From a virus, in the IMG/VR virus record IMGVR_UViG_3300020048_000017, positions 96,001 to 160,000 of that record: a stretch of DNA of 64,000 nt, one strand, 5' to 3'. Within the stretch, counting starts at the first letter, position 1. Each line of letters begins with the position of its first letter. Made by a program: the position numbers and the translations under genes. Shown piece after piece: positions 9,505-19,340 of the stretch. A model generated the notes under the pieces. The model saw nothing but the letters and a program-made list of their open reading frames with translations, had not been told where the DNA came from and searched no databases.

Positions 9505-10076
9505 AATTTTTCAATTGCGTCGGTTAAAGATTTAACGCTGTTGGTGAGCTTTTCTAAGTCGGTTTCGAGTCTTAGCACGATATCCGCTTTTTCAAAAAGG
9601 ATTGGATCGTTCTTCTCCTCGTCTTGGTTAGGCGGCTGTAAAAGAGATCCGTCAAGTAAGAACCTAGATAAATGAATCAGCGTTCCATCGTGAGAATGAA
9701 GCCAATCTACTTCATCAAAATCATATTCGGCATATCTAATATCTGTAACAATAGCTATGTCAAACGGTTGCTCTTGCTGAGCCTTTAACATTTTCTCGTA
9801 AAGAAGTGAAGTCCAATAAGTTCCGTTACTTTGAATTCTTTTAGCTCTGCCAAATTCAACCAATAATGGCCGGATCAATTCCTTGTCTTCGGGAGAGCAA
9901 TTTAAAATATCAATATTGAAATTATCGAACAGAAAGATACGCATCGCGTCTTTCAATTCATCAGCTAATGCAAACCTTTTAGCTACCAAACCTTCATTTT
10001 TATAAGCTTTGATTAAATTTGCGCAAAGAGTATCTTTTCCAACCCTTGCCACTCCTGTTATTCCGATTACTCTCAT
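9492..10076 (-). CDS. deoxynucleoside monophosphate kinase
   Basis: IGITGVARVGKDT, FALADELK, RPLLVEFG, VTDIRY...E. Confidence 0.88.
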   Translation of the reverse strand: MRVIGITGVARVGKDTLCANLIKAYKNEGLVAKRFALADELKDAMRIFLFDNFNIDILNCSPEDKELIRPLLVEFGRAKRIQSNGTYWTSLLYEKMLKAQQEQPFDIAIVTDIRYAEYDFDEVDWLHSHDGTLIHLSRFLLDGSLLQPPNQDEEKNDPILFEKADIVLRLETDLEKLTNSVKSLTDAIEKLWKS

Positions 10077-10573
10077 GTGAGTGAAAAAGTGTTATCGTCG
10101 CCACCTTCCTCATCAGAAGGTTCAGTGATGTGTAAGGGAACGTCTGTAGAGAACGTTAGGTTGAGAACTGATATTAAAGCCTCTAAAACGGGCGCATCGA
10201 TATCTAAAGGATTTAATGGTCTAAATAAACCAACATCTTTTATCAAGGAGGGCATCACAGTATTATAAAGATAAGCGGCACTGGATAAGCTGTCCAATGA
10301 TAGCGTGAAAGTCTTTTTGTAATTCCAAATTTCGTCCCTTAAGAAGTAAGTGAGAGTTCCCGTTTGTCCAGAATACTCAACGAGAACACCTTCTTTTTCT
10401 AGCTCCTTCAGAGCTAAATGCTGAAGTTTATCCTTAGGTCTTACTAATTTCGTGGGATCTACCTCGATGCCCATGGTCTGGTCGTTTATAAAAAGGTCAA
10501 GACACTCATTTCTGAAGAAGTTGAGAGATCGGCTCTCGCCATCATTATCGCACATAATTAGTTGAATATCCAT
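10073..10573 (-). CDS. hypothetical protein
   Basis: ATGA overlap with the kinase gene. Confidence 0.6.
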   Translation of the reverse strand: MDIQLIMCDNDGESRSLNFFRNECLDLFINDQTMGIEVDPTKLVRPKDKLQHLALKELEKEGVLVEYSGQTGTLTYFLRDEIWNYKKTFTLSLDSLSSAAYLYNTVMPSLIKDVGLFRPLNPLDIDAPVLEALISVLNLTFSTDVPLHITEPSDEEGGDDNTFSLT

Positions 10574-10594
10574 AATATCAATAATTATAGCCCA

Positions 10595-10849
10595 TTACTC
10601 TAAATTGTCAAGGAAAATTTTAGAGAAACCATAACTTTTCACAATTTCTATAACGGGCTTGGCCGCAATCTGATTATAATCTGGGGGAAAGTCCACCCCT
10701 AGAAAGTCACACATATCCATATTCCACGGGGACATTTTGGACATTATGTTTTTAGAAAAAGGAATCTGTCCTCGTTCAATCTTGGAAAGAGTTTTTAGAC
10801 AAGACTTTAATCTTGAGTGTTTGATCTTACGGATTCTCTTAGATATCAT
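10595..10849 (-). CDS. hypothetical basic protein
   Basis: 84-aa ORF starting immediately after the candidate ncRNA. Confidence 0.5.
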   Translation of the reverse strand: MISKRIRKIKHSRLKSCLKTLSKIERGQIPFSKNIMSKMSPWNMDMCDFLGVDFPPDYNQIAAKPVIEIVKSYGFSKIFLDNLE

Positions 10850-10850
10850 A

Positions 10851-11198
10851 GGTTCCCGCTCTCTAATTCTTATTAATTCCCTTTAATTCTCTTAGCCACC
10901 TCTATTTCTTTTAGGAAATAGAGATTAAGCAATACTGGTCCATAGCGAAGGCAAGGCTTCGCCTGAACCAATACGCCTAATCCCGAATACTTCTTTTGAG
11001 GTCTTCAGTAGATTACAACTATTGTTGCAGCAATATTGGTGTTAAACAAACGAAATCCTGTAACATCAATCCTTAGACCCTCCAATATAAACTTGTAGGA
11101 TTTCGTCTGGTCCGGCTTGTTTTTCAGGTATGGTCTCCCTAGCGACAAGATGGTCCGAAGTCTTTTTAACCCAGCTCTTGGACTCGGAGCGGGAGGAT
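10851..11198 (-). ncRNA. candidate large structured non-coding RNA (~345 nt), class not recognised
   Basis: Only large ORF-free gap in the block. Terminal 8-bp pairing 11187-11194/10854-10861, internal stems (10900-10908/10915-10923; 10929-10950/10957-10976; 10998-11004/11075-11082; 11035-11044/11061-11070), 10-bp loop pairing 11050-11059/11097-11106. G-U pairs favour the minus strand; promoter just upstream. Confidence 0.6.
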
Positions 11199-11205
11199 TA
11201 TGATC

Positions 11206-11233
11206 ATTTTACACCTTAATTTTGAAAAGTCAA
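11206..11233 (-). promoter_or_regulatory. sigma70-type promoter overlapping a GTGTAA motif
   Basis: TTGACT (11233-11228), 16 nt, TAAAAT (11211-11206); GTGTAA at 11214-11209; predicted start ~11199, just before the terminal stem. Confidence 0.6.
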
Positions 11234-11242
11234 GAAGAAAAA

Positions 11243-13642
11243 TCAAAATCGAGCAGTGTGGAGGCCTCTCCCGACTTCATAAACTGGAAGCTGATTACAA
11301 ACTAAGGCCTCTCCGTTAGCAAAGATACTCTGGGAGTAAGACAGGGATGTATTAAAAAACTCCAACGTTTGAGAACTTCCAGAGGCATATTTAGTAGCAA
11401 AAAGATGACCTTTGTAAAATAACGTCCAGCTTTGAGAAGACTCTGGTAAATAACCCCCTAAAAATGAATTGTCTCTTCGAAAATTACTTAAGTTAGAACA
11501 ACTATTAAGTAATAATACATTTAAAGTATTTTTTTGTTCGATTCTCGATTCTCCATCCTTCTTATACACGGTGTAATATATTTTTAAATTCTTATCATTG
11601 ATTATTGAAGATTCGGTAGTGAACTCAGGTAAATAAGATATTAAAATGGTTGTAGAGATTGTTTTTGTAGACAAAGCATCCAAAAAATAAGAACTTGTAT
11701 AAGAACCAATAGGTGTTTCCCCGTCAGTTTCGTAATTAGAGTCGTAACCAGTCGATGCAAAACTTATAGGATTATTTGTAGACCCAATTTTAGTAATAGA
11801 TGCGGTTTCGTAATCAACAAAAGGTAAACATGCGAGGCCTAAGACTTTAGTTTGATTTTTATTTCTATAAAGATAAGAAGAAGTTTTAGGTGTTAAAACA
11901 TCTTGTTCATTGTAAGATATTTCGACGTACTCATATAATTTTTCAGAATTAAACCCAATAACACCCGCTTTAAATTCAGGAACGATTGCGTAATACCCAC
12001 CAAAGTAGTTTTCAAAAAAGACATTTGATAATTGACCAAGTGAGTTGGTTCCGAACTCCTGAAATGTCTTTGCTTCCGATACACTAAACGAGTATCCCTC
12101 TTGCCCAAGTATTTGATAAGACTTTCCTATATAATTATCACCATCTCTAGACTCCCACTCTCCAGCCGTTGAATAATCGGTGGAAAAAGCAGAAGAGCTA
12201 TCTTCAGGATTAAAATAACTTGTGATATTATTAATATAATTACTAGCAAAAGTAGTGTCAAACTTTTTAATAACATCTATCTCGGTTGTTGTGAAATTTT
12301 TAGGATCGCTTTTTAATAAAATAACTTCTTTTACAATACTGTACGATGATCTTATTCCCGACCTAGTTCCAACTCCATACTCTTTATTAACATTATTTAA
12401 AACCCCCCCAGAAGACCCTCGTTCGATTAGAGAAAACGAACGTATTTCTTGAATACGAAAGGTCGAATCGTCCGACCTAGTAAGATTAATAGTGTCTTCG
12501 TAATTAATAGTGGTTGGAGCAATTATTTCGAAACTAACCACAGAATCGTTCCCAGATCCCACTTGCGCCGAAATCGAGAAACTGCCCATGTTTATAGAGG
12601 TGCCTTTATCCGTCCACTTATATTGACCAGCAGTTGTTTTAAGGCATTGAGAGAATTTAAAAAATGGAGAAATACGGCTATAAGCGCCAGCGTAATTAAA
12701 AACTTGAAATCTTTCTAATTCATTATGATAATCTTCAACAAAAGTATTGATAGTATACCTGCCTACTTGGCGACCACCACTAGGAAGTTCGTATTCTTCA
12801 GTTTGAGTCCCGAAACTTTCCCCAAAGAATTCATAAGTATACGTAAAAACAGATGGAATAAAAGTTTTAGTTTTGCAAGGAACAAAATTTATAACAGTGG
12901 TTGTTCCAGTTGTTGTGTAAGAGCCATTTGAAATCGAAAATGTATTTTTATCTGGGTATGTCGCGATATAATTAATAGTAGTGGGTAGGTTATTAATTGA
13001 AAATTCTTTTGTATAAGTGCTATTATAATTTTCTCGAACAGCAACCTTAAAAGTATTGTTCGAAGTATTTTCAAAAACTGTTGAAAAACTGGAGCTGGAA
13101 ACTTCTCCATTTACGACATTACTTACAGTAGACTTGTAAGATGCTCCACTTTCATTCCTAACATTATAATATTTAGTAACCGCAGACCCTATAACTGTGG
13201 TTTCGTTATTAATTTCATATCCGTTGTCAAAATCGTCGCCCGTCTCAACTCTTGAAGTTTGAGTTTCCCCATTAACGGTGGTGGTGACTATATTAGTTTG
13301 ACCCCATTCCCCAGTATGGACAACTGAAGAATTATTCTTATACTCATAAGTCCTAGCCACAGTGATCCCGCCTTGTTGCGTCTGATTTACACCATCTACC
13401 TGCTCTTCGGCCTGAGTGGTTCTACGAACTTCTTCGTTTAAAAATTGAGTATTTTTAACTTCTTTAGAGTTATTATGAGAAGTTGTTAAAGTCTCATTAT
13501 CGACAGCGTTTGAATCCACGGTTTTGCCGACCTCGACCCTGCTAAAAGAAGTTATATAAGAGCGAGTTGTAAGATAGTTTTCCGACTTACCATAACTAAC
13601 AGGGAAGGATTCCGCCGTAGTATATTTAGATTCATAACGCAT
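11243..13642 (-). CDS. Ser/Thr/Asn-rich putative virion (tail tip/fibre) protein
   Basis: 799 aa, strongly S/T/N/Y-rich beta-like composition, last gene of the tail operon; no family recognised. Confidence 0.55.
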   Translation of the reverse strand: MRYESKYTTAESFPVSYGKSENYLTTRSYITSFSRVEVGKTVDSNAVDNETLTTSHNNSKEVKNTQFLNEEVRRTTQAEEQVDGVNQTQQGGITVARTYEYKNNSSVVHTGEWGQTNIVTTTVNGETQTSRVETGDDFDNGYEINNETTVIGSAVTKYYNVRNESGASYKSTVSNVVNGEVSSSSFSTVFENTSNNTFKVAVRENYNSTYTKEFSINNLPTTINYIATYPDKNTFSISNGSYTTTGTTTVINFVPCKTKTFIPSVFTYTYEFFGESFGTQTEEYELPSGGRQVGRYTINTFVEDYHNELERFQVFNYAGAYSRISPFFKFSQCLKTTAGQYKWTDKGTSINMGSFSISAQVGSGNDSVVSFEIIAPTTINYEDTINLTRSDDSTFRIQEIRSFSLIERGSSGGVLNNVNKEYGVGTRSGIRSSYSIVKEVILLKSDPKNFTTTEIDVIKKFDTTFASNYINNITSYFNPEDSSSAFSTDYSTAGEWESRDGDNYIGKSYQILGQEGYSFSVSEAKTFQEFGTNSLGQLSNVFFENYFGGYYAIVPEFKAGVIGFNSEKLYEYVEISYNEQDVLTPKTSSYLYRNKNQTKVLGLACLPFVDYETASITKIGSTNNPISFASTGYDSNYETDGETPIGSYTSSYFLDALSTKTISTTILISYLPEFTTESSIINDKNLKIYYTVYKKDGESRIEQKNTLNVLLLNSCSNLSNFRRDNSFLGGYLPESSQSWTLFYKGHLFATKYASGSSQTLEFFNTSLSYSQSIFANGEALVCNQLPVYEVGRGLHTARF

Positions 13643-14093
13643 TTATTTTCCAAGTATAAAAATTTTTAAAGTTCCTTTGACCCGCTTGAGTGGGAATAAC
13701 GCCATCGACCCTAGATACTATAGGAATTACAGAAAGGGGCTCTTTAAATCTAGCCAATGCCTGACCATTTGAAATTCTGGCAAAAAATATATCAAATTCC
13801 GCTGGTGGTATATTTTCAGCATCATCAATAGGTTCCGGCATGGTGGTGGAAAATTGTAATTCAAAACTAGATATAGATCCACCCGAACAACTTACGGATA
13901 ATATTAAAAATCCGTTAGATTGAACTTCTACCCATTCGTTTATATTAGAAGCCGTTATATTATTAATAATACCATCCAAAAGACGATAGTAAACCGTATC
14001 GTCCTCTCGCTTAGTCTCTAAATTCCAGATTTGACAAGACTGATTAGAGCCCCCTTCGAAATATGCTTTTTTAGGTCTCCAAGGTTTTGCCAT
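13632..14093 (-). CDS. putative tail-tip protein
   Basis: Coupled to flanking structural genes. Confidence 0.5.
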   Translation of the reverse strand: MAKPWRPKKAYFEGGSNQSCQIWNLETKREDDTVYYRLLDGIINNITASNINEWVEVQSNGFLILSVSCSGGSISSFELQFSTTMPEPIDDAENIPPAEFDIFFARISNGQALARFKEPLSVIPIVSRVDGVIPTQAGQRNFKNFYTWKINAL

Positions 14094-16549
14094 TATCTTC
14101 CAGATATAAAAATCTCCTCCAAGTTGTAGCCGTCATATACACTTAACCTTGCTATTGATGGGGCTAAATTTAAACTCCTATCATAATACACTTCAATGAA
14201 AGGAGAGTTAAATATATTTTGTTTAGTAATCATCCCCCCAGAATTTGAAAATTTGCCAGAAACACCTCCTTCGAACCAGCCGCTTTCTTTGTAGTCATAA
14301 AAAGTATTTCCAATTCCCGTTTTAAGATTCCACATATCCACAAATGGGATTGGAACCTCCGGACCCAACATTCTCCCAGAACCGATGCCCGTCCCTTCTA
14401 ACAAGGTAAAGACCCCAGAAACAGCACCTTCAACAAGTCCCGTTCCAGTAACGCAAGTCGTTCCCGTAAGGCATCTAGATATTCCGTAATCCCCAGTAAT
14501 AGGAGCTTGTCCTGAAGTTATGCCTGAGGAATAAGGAACGAGAAACAATCTCATAAAGTTCGTATCGTAAGCAGGATCATCAGAAGTTTCTGGAAGTATT
14601 ATCCTTCCCGAAATGTTAATCTCCCCTGTGAAATCGAACCCTGTTAGATTTGTAAAGTTCTTTTTATAAACTGTAAAATTTCTAAAAGCATATTCATCTA
14701 ACTCCACAGTCTCTTCCCTTTCGAATTCGTTAATATAACCCGTTTGCAAAATGGCTCCATTTTGCCGATCACTTACAGTAATAGCTATAGAAGATACATC
14801 TAAAGCCACTCCAAATGGATCTAGTTCATAAATCCATCCAGACAGCCAGACGGAACAAGGTTTACCAGATCCTATTAAATAATCTTGGAATTGGGAGAAC
14901 TTAAATTCGTATAAATTCCCTGATTGAACACCATAATAGTCTGTTAGTCTTGTTACCGTAGGGGCCACATCTCCAACATATACTCCAGACCGTTTTACAC
15001 ATTCAATATATTCATAGTTATGCAAACCTGTTAAAGACCCTATTAAAAAATCACACCCAGAAGAAGTGTTTATCGATCCTGTCGCAGTCCCCCGAATAAC
15101 TCCTGAAAAATAATTGTCAGAATTTGGTATTAAACCAGAACCTGTAATATTTATTGGCTCTGAATAATAACCAGTTGGAACATAATAAGCAGTAAAAAAA
15201 GTAGGTATAAAACCACTCCATCCATCTTCCTTGTAAAAATAATTCTTATTTTCTAAAATAGAAGTTGCCCCGCTATATTCCCCGCATATAGTGGTAGTTA
15301 TTTCCTCTGAGATTAATTGGCTTCCGATTCCAGCGATCCTCCCTTCGGAACTATATAAATAACCCGTTTGTAAAAGATTCCCAGTAACGTCAATATTAAC
15401 TCCCCCCGAAGTAACAACCCCCGTGTAAGTATTTTGGAAAACGTAGTATCCACTACCTTCTAAAACCGTGCCGGTTAAATTGACATTTACATAATCATTA
15501 TAAATTTGACCAGAGGACGGACCAGAATAAACTAATCCTGTTCTTAAGACGTTACCCGTCCAAACGGACAGCCCCGTGTGACAATAAGTTTTACTAACTG
15601 CCCCAGTAGCGCTTCCCGAGAAAACATAACCAGATAGGCCAGTTACGTCTGTCAAGTAGTTTACAACGGGTTTACTCATAGTCCCACAACCCTTTAACAT
15701 GCCTGATATATTACCGGAAACTATACCAGTCTCTAAGGATCTTATTTGAGAAGATAGTCCTCCAGAAACGAAACTTAATTCAACTTGCAAATTCCTATCA
15801 GGGCCTTGAAAAAACGAAGTTACGTTGAAAAGCTTACTACCCGCAGATTTAAAAAAAGTATCTTGGTTAGGAGATACAGAGAAGAATTCAGACCCATCGA
15901 CAAATGATGATGGGATATTTGCATTGACCGAAAATGGACCGAAATTAGAGATAAAGTCAATCTTCACACCTGATGTCGGAGTTGGGGTATTTTCCAAACT
16001 AACCAACCTAACTAAACATCCGTTATCACAGATCCCAGAGTCCCACCCAGTTACGGCAAACTTAGAGGAAGAGTTAACGTCTATAGATGCGTCAAAAATC
16101 AGGAATCTCCTATCGGGAAATCCATTAGTAAGCAATCCCGAAACAATCGTGTTGCCAGAATTAGAACTATTTAATATAGCAAAATCTAAAACCGGCTCTT
16201 TACCACTAACAATTACATCACAATCTATAACAGAATTTGTAGATATAGAAAGGTTCTCAAAAACCCCCGTAGGCTTAGTCCCGCCGTTTATCAATAGATT
16301 AGAGCCGTCATAAAGATTATAAAGGTTGTTTGAATAAAATACTTTTAAATTCTTAGAACCGTTGTTGATCGATCCGAATTGTTCATCACAGATAGAAAGT
16401 AGACCTTCTCTGCACGAAACACCAAAAAAAGAATCCCCACTCAACCCTATGTCGAAATCCCCAATATTATTTTGAAAATTAACACGAATATCCATAACTC
16501 CACCCGATTGAGTGGATATGCTACGGTTATTATTTCCTGAAATTATCAT
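14093..16549 (-). CDS. SG/TG-rich putative tail structural protein
   Basis: 818 aa, repeated SG/TG dipeptides, beta-rich; position in the tail operon. Confidence 0.55.
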   Translation of the reverse strand: MIISGNNNRSISTQSGGVMDIRVNFQNNIGDFDIGLSGDSFFGVSCREGLLSICDEQFGSINNGSKNLKVFYSNNLYNLYDGSNLLINGGTKPTGVFENLSISTNSVIDCDVIVSGKEPVLDFAILNSSNSGNTIVSGLLTNGFPDRRFLIFDASIDVNSSSKFAVTGWDSGICDNGCLVRLVSLENTPTPTSGVKIDFISNFGPFSVNANIPSSFVDGSEFFSVSPNQDTFFKSAGSKLFNVTSFFQGPDRNLQVELSFVSGGLSSQIRSLETGIVSGNISGMLKGCGTMSKPVVNYLTDVTGLSGYVFSGSATGAVSKTYCHTGLSVWTGNVLRTGLVYSGPSSGQIYNDYVNVNLTGTVLEGSGYYVFQNTYTGVVTSGGVNIDVTGNLLQTGYLYSSEGRIAGIGSQLISEEITTTICGEYSGATSILENKNYFYKEDGWSGFIPTFFTAYYVPTGYYSEPINITGSGLIPNSDNYFSGVIRGTATGSINTSSGCDFLIGSLTGLHNYEYIECVKRSGVYVGDVAPTVTRLTDYYGVQSGNLYEFKFSQFQDYLIGSGKPCSVWLSGWIYELDPFGVALDVSSIAITVSDRQNGAILQTGYINEFEREETVELDEYAFRNFTVYKKNFTNLTGFDFTGEINISGRIILPETSDDPAYDTNFMRLFLVPYSSGITSGQAPITGDYGISRCLTGTTCVTGTGLVEGAVSGVFTLLEGTGIGSGRMLGPEVPIPFVDMWNLKTGIGNTFYDYKESGWFEGGVSGKFSNSGGMITKQNIFNSPFIEVYYDRSLNLAPSIARLSVYDGYNLEEIFISGR

Positions 16550-19275
16550 ATAGTTGGATAGCCCCCTTCGCTAGGGTAGTCTTTGTCAGGTTGACCCCAC
16601 CTTCTTTGCAATTGCTCGTTACCAAAAATCGGCCCATTGTTTCTCATCTCTAAACGGATTCTTGGGTCAGGAGGTATCGGAATTGAGTTTTTAAAGGAGA
16701 TAGTGGAAACGGGGGAGTCCCCATATAGTCTTACACTAATACTCCTAAAACCATCCTCAATATCGAAGTCCGAAGTAGGAATCCCGTTCATTTCAATTTG
16801 TAATTCGATTGTTTCTTGAGTTTGATTAACTTTTAATGGACTTATATAATCTTCGATAGACTCTTTAATTTTGCCTAACTCTGGAATACATCCTAATTCA
16901 ACCTCATCGTAATAATATTCCTCAATATCAGACTCAGATATTGATACAGGAACCATGTTTGATTGTAACGTATTACCCGCCGATAAGTGGGTGTAAGTTT
17001 GAAGGACTTCAATTTTTGGCAAAATCATGTGAGTTGTTACCGAAGCGTTGTTATTTATAAATACGTAATACCCTCCTGCGTAAGGTATATGTTCCGAAGT
17101 TCCAGAACCCTCTTGCTCTCTAACTGTTGATTGTGGAGGCATCCAAAATACAATATTTTCAATTTGGATTTTTTTAGCTTGAGTAGAACGCAATCCTATT
17201 TTAACTGGTGTTTGATAACCTTCAATTTCAACTTGTTTGGTTTTGTCTTTTGGGTGCCAATCGTAAGTTTGAAGATTACTTATAGTGAGAGCCCCAGAAT
17301 TTTTACTATCTTTGTATTTCTTTACTAAAAAAATTTTATCCTTATCGGTCCAACCTCCATTTAATTTAGCTCTTTCGCTATATTTACCCTCCAGTTGGGG
17401 GTGATCATTTTTAAAGTCTTGGGAACCCAAACTCTCACCCTCTCCTAGCGATACCGATACAATACTTGTAACTTCAATGGGGACTAAGTTATCACAGATC
17501 TCGATCAGCTTCTCTAAATCATCACCTTCTTGAACTGGCGGAATCCAAATTGGAGATCTTTCTACTAAAATTAAAGAATCTTTATTCTCTCCTTCCTCGT
17601 TAGTCAATTCGGATACGTAACTTTCAGGATTAGACGTAGTAAAGAATTTTGTAAAATCTAAACCAATTTCCGCTTGTTCGTAATAATTAGCAGAGTCTCC
17701 CCCAGCAGGGGTGACGGAAGGAGCATTCCCTTGAATAGAGTCATACTTTCTAATGAAAAATTTACCCAAGAATTCCGAACCGATAGCAGCTTCCCATTCA
17801 TATCGGGTAGAGAACTTCTCATCATTTCGGTTACCTATAAATAAAAAGAAATCTTCCGCACCCTCTTCTTCTAGATTTTCATAAAGGGCCTGCACATCAC
17901 CGCCCAAGGCTGTCGCCAACTTTTTAAAACCTTCAGGATTAATCTCTTTAGAAAATACTTTTTTTACAGTTAAGTCTAACAAAGGTAAAGAACATTTTCC
18001 TAAAACTAGATCATCTGCGTAATCCATATCGAAATATGAAGTGTAGCCAATAGACACTCCATTGATCCCTTCTACGTTTTTACTAGTTTCCACTCTTTCA
18101 TTAGCAGACTCGTCTCCAACGATTCCATATACATTTAAAAATGCTACAGCCTCTCTTAGTCTAGGGGAATACATTCCAGCCATACACAATAGCTCCATCA
18201 AATCATACTCAGGCAATCCCCAAGATCCGTTAGTTCCTATGTAAGCGTTCGTCACCTGTGACATAGGTTCTGTTGGAGATATTAAATCCTTTAAATTTAA
18301 AGCCCTACAAACAATTCTTTTTCCAAATTGATACTGACATTGGTAGTCTCTTTCTTGACCCTCTCTGCCGAAATAACCAAGAACGTTATTAGAATAAGTC
18401 CCCTCTAAACTCCTAGAGCGGGAAATATTAGTAATGTTGCAATCATTCTCTAAACCTTTAGTGTTAATAGAAATACCTGCTTCAAGTGATAAGATTTTAA
18501 TAACCCCAGCTTCCCAATAATAAGACCAGCCAAAATCTCTACACCAGTTGTTTAGCACCTCTCTTAAAGTTCCCGTATAGTTAGTTTTATAGTTCTCAAC
18601 CCCTTGCAAAGATGAGAATTGCTGAATTCTAATTGGGGGCCACCCATTATTAATAGCAGTAACAAGATCTAAAAAAGAATACTCGACCTCCAAGATTCGA
18701 GTTTCTCGGAGTTTTTCGCAATCGATTCTACGCATTTTTTTCTCATACTCTTTAACCAGTTCTATAGGAGAGTCTTTACAAGGGTCGCAAGGATCGACCT
18801 TAAAATCTAATTCGTCATCACCACAAGGGTCTATAAAATCCCCAACAATAACAAAAGGGTCGGAGCCGTAGAAATTTCCTCGCCTCCAACTTTTAAAGTC
18901 TTTGTCCCCAATTTTAATTTTTTTAACAGTAGACTGGTGGTGTTTACCCCATAATCCAACGAGAATCTTATCCAAGATAAAGCTTCCATCAACCAAATTT
19001 ATTTTAATAACATTATCCCCAGAAGGAGAGCAGTTTCTCTCTTCAGAGATGGGGAACCCCACAAAATTCATAGAACCTACAGAGATTTCCATCGGAGATT
19101 GAACTGACAAGGGGATCATTTCAAGAACCGAATCTTTGTCGATTAATGACACAGACATTCTAGAAGATTGTTTAAGATTTCCAACTTGGTAGTCTACACC
19201 TACGACCTTTATTTTATCGGACAAGCCATTGATTTTGATTTGGCCAATATTTTGAATAGAACAACTTTCACTCAT
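16546..19275 (-). CDS. putative tail hub / baseplate protein
   Basis: 909 aa; GTLREVLNNWCRDFGWSYYWE resembles hub-protein segments; position downstream of TMP. Confidence 0.5.
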   Translation of the reverse strand: MSESCSIQNIGQIKINGLSDKIKVVGVDYQVGNLKQSSRMSVSLIDKDSVLEMIPLSVQSPMEISVGSMNFVGFPISEERNCSPSGDNVIKINLVDGSFILDKILVGLWGKHHQSTVKKIKIGDKDFKSWRRGNFYGSDPFVIVGDFIDPCGDDELDFKVDPCDPCKDSPIELVKEYEKKMRRIDCEKLRETRILEVEYSFLDLVTAINNGWPPIRIQQFSSLQGVENYKTNYTGTLREVLNNWCRDFGWSYYWEAGVIKILSLEAGISINTKGLENDCNITNISRSRSLEGTYSNNVLGYFGREGQERDYQCQYQFGKRIVCRALNLKDLISPTEPMSQVTNAYIGTNGSWGLPEYDLMELLCMAGMYSPRLREAVAFLNVYGIVGDESANERVETSKNVEGINGVSIGYTSYFDMDYADDLVLGKCSLPLLDLTVKKVFSKEINPEGFKKLATALGGDVQALYENLEEEGAEDFFLFIGNRNDEKFSTRYEWEAAIGSEFLGKFFIRKYDSIQGNAPSVTPAGGDSANYYEQAEIGLDFTKFFTTSNPESYVSELTNEEGENKDSLILVERSPIWIPPVQEGDDLEKLIEICDNLVPIEVTSIVSVSLGEGESLGSQDFKNDHPQLEGKYSERAKLNGGWTDKDKIFLVKKYKDSKNSGALTISNLQTYDWHPKDKTKQVEIEGYQTPVKIGLRSTQAKKIQIENIVFWMPPQSTVREQEGSGTSEHIPYAGGYYVFINNNASVTTHMILPKIEVLQTYTHLSAGNTLQSNMVPVSISESDIEEYYYDEVELGCIPELGKIKESIEDYISPLKVNQTQETIELQIEMNGIPTSDFDIEDGFRSISVRLYGDSPVSTISFKNSIPIPPDPRIRLEMRNNGPIFGNEQLQRRWGQPDKDYPSEGGYPTI

Positions 19276-19340
19276 TTAAAAATACATAAACAATAATTCG
19301 ACACTGTGGATAGATAATAATAGATTTCTATTAATAGCAA

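Noticed and set aside
11002-11107. Hammerhead-like words (CGAAA and CTGAAGA on the minus strand) in the candidate ncRNA
   Set aside because: Stem I cannot form, and the base after CUGANGA is C rather than the G needed to pair in stem II.
11005-11148. 47-codon TTG-started frame inside the candidate ncRNA
   Set aside because: Weak start, no RBS, no recognisable motif, and it covers under half of the structured region. Kept only as an alternative explanation.
10851-11198. Identity as tmRNA, RNase P, SRP, group I/II intron or CsrB
   Set aside because: No GGGGC/CCA tRNA-like ends or ALAA tag, no GAGGAAAGUCC, no P7 or domain V motifs; the ten GGA words mostly fall in stems.
15825-16313. 162-aa antisense ORF, and similar ones across TMP (25137-31539)
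   Set aside because: Antisense shadows of S/G- or K/E-rich genes.
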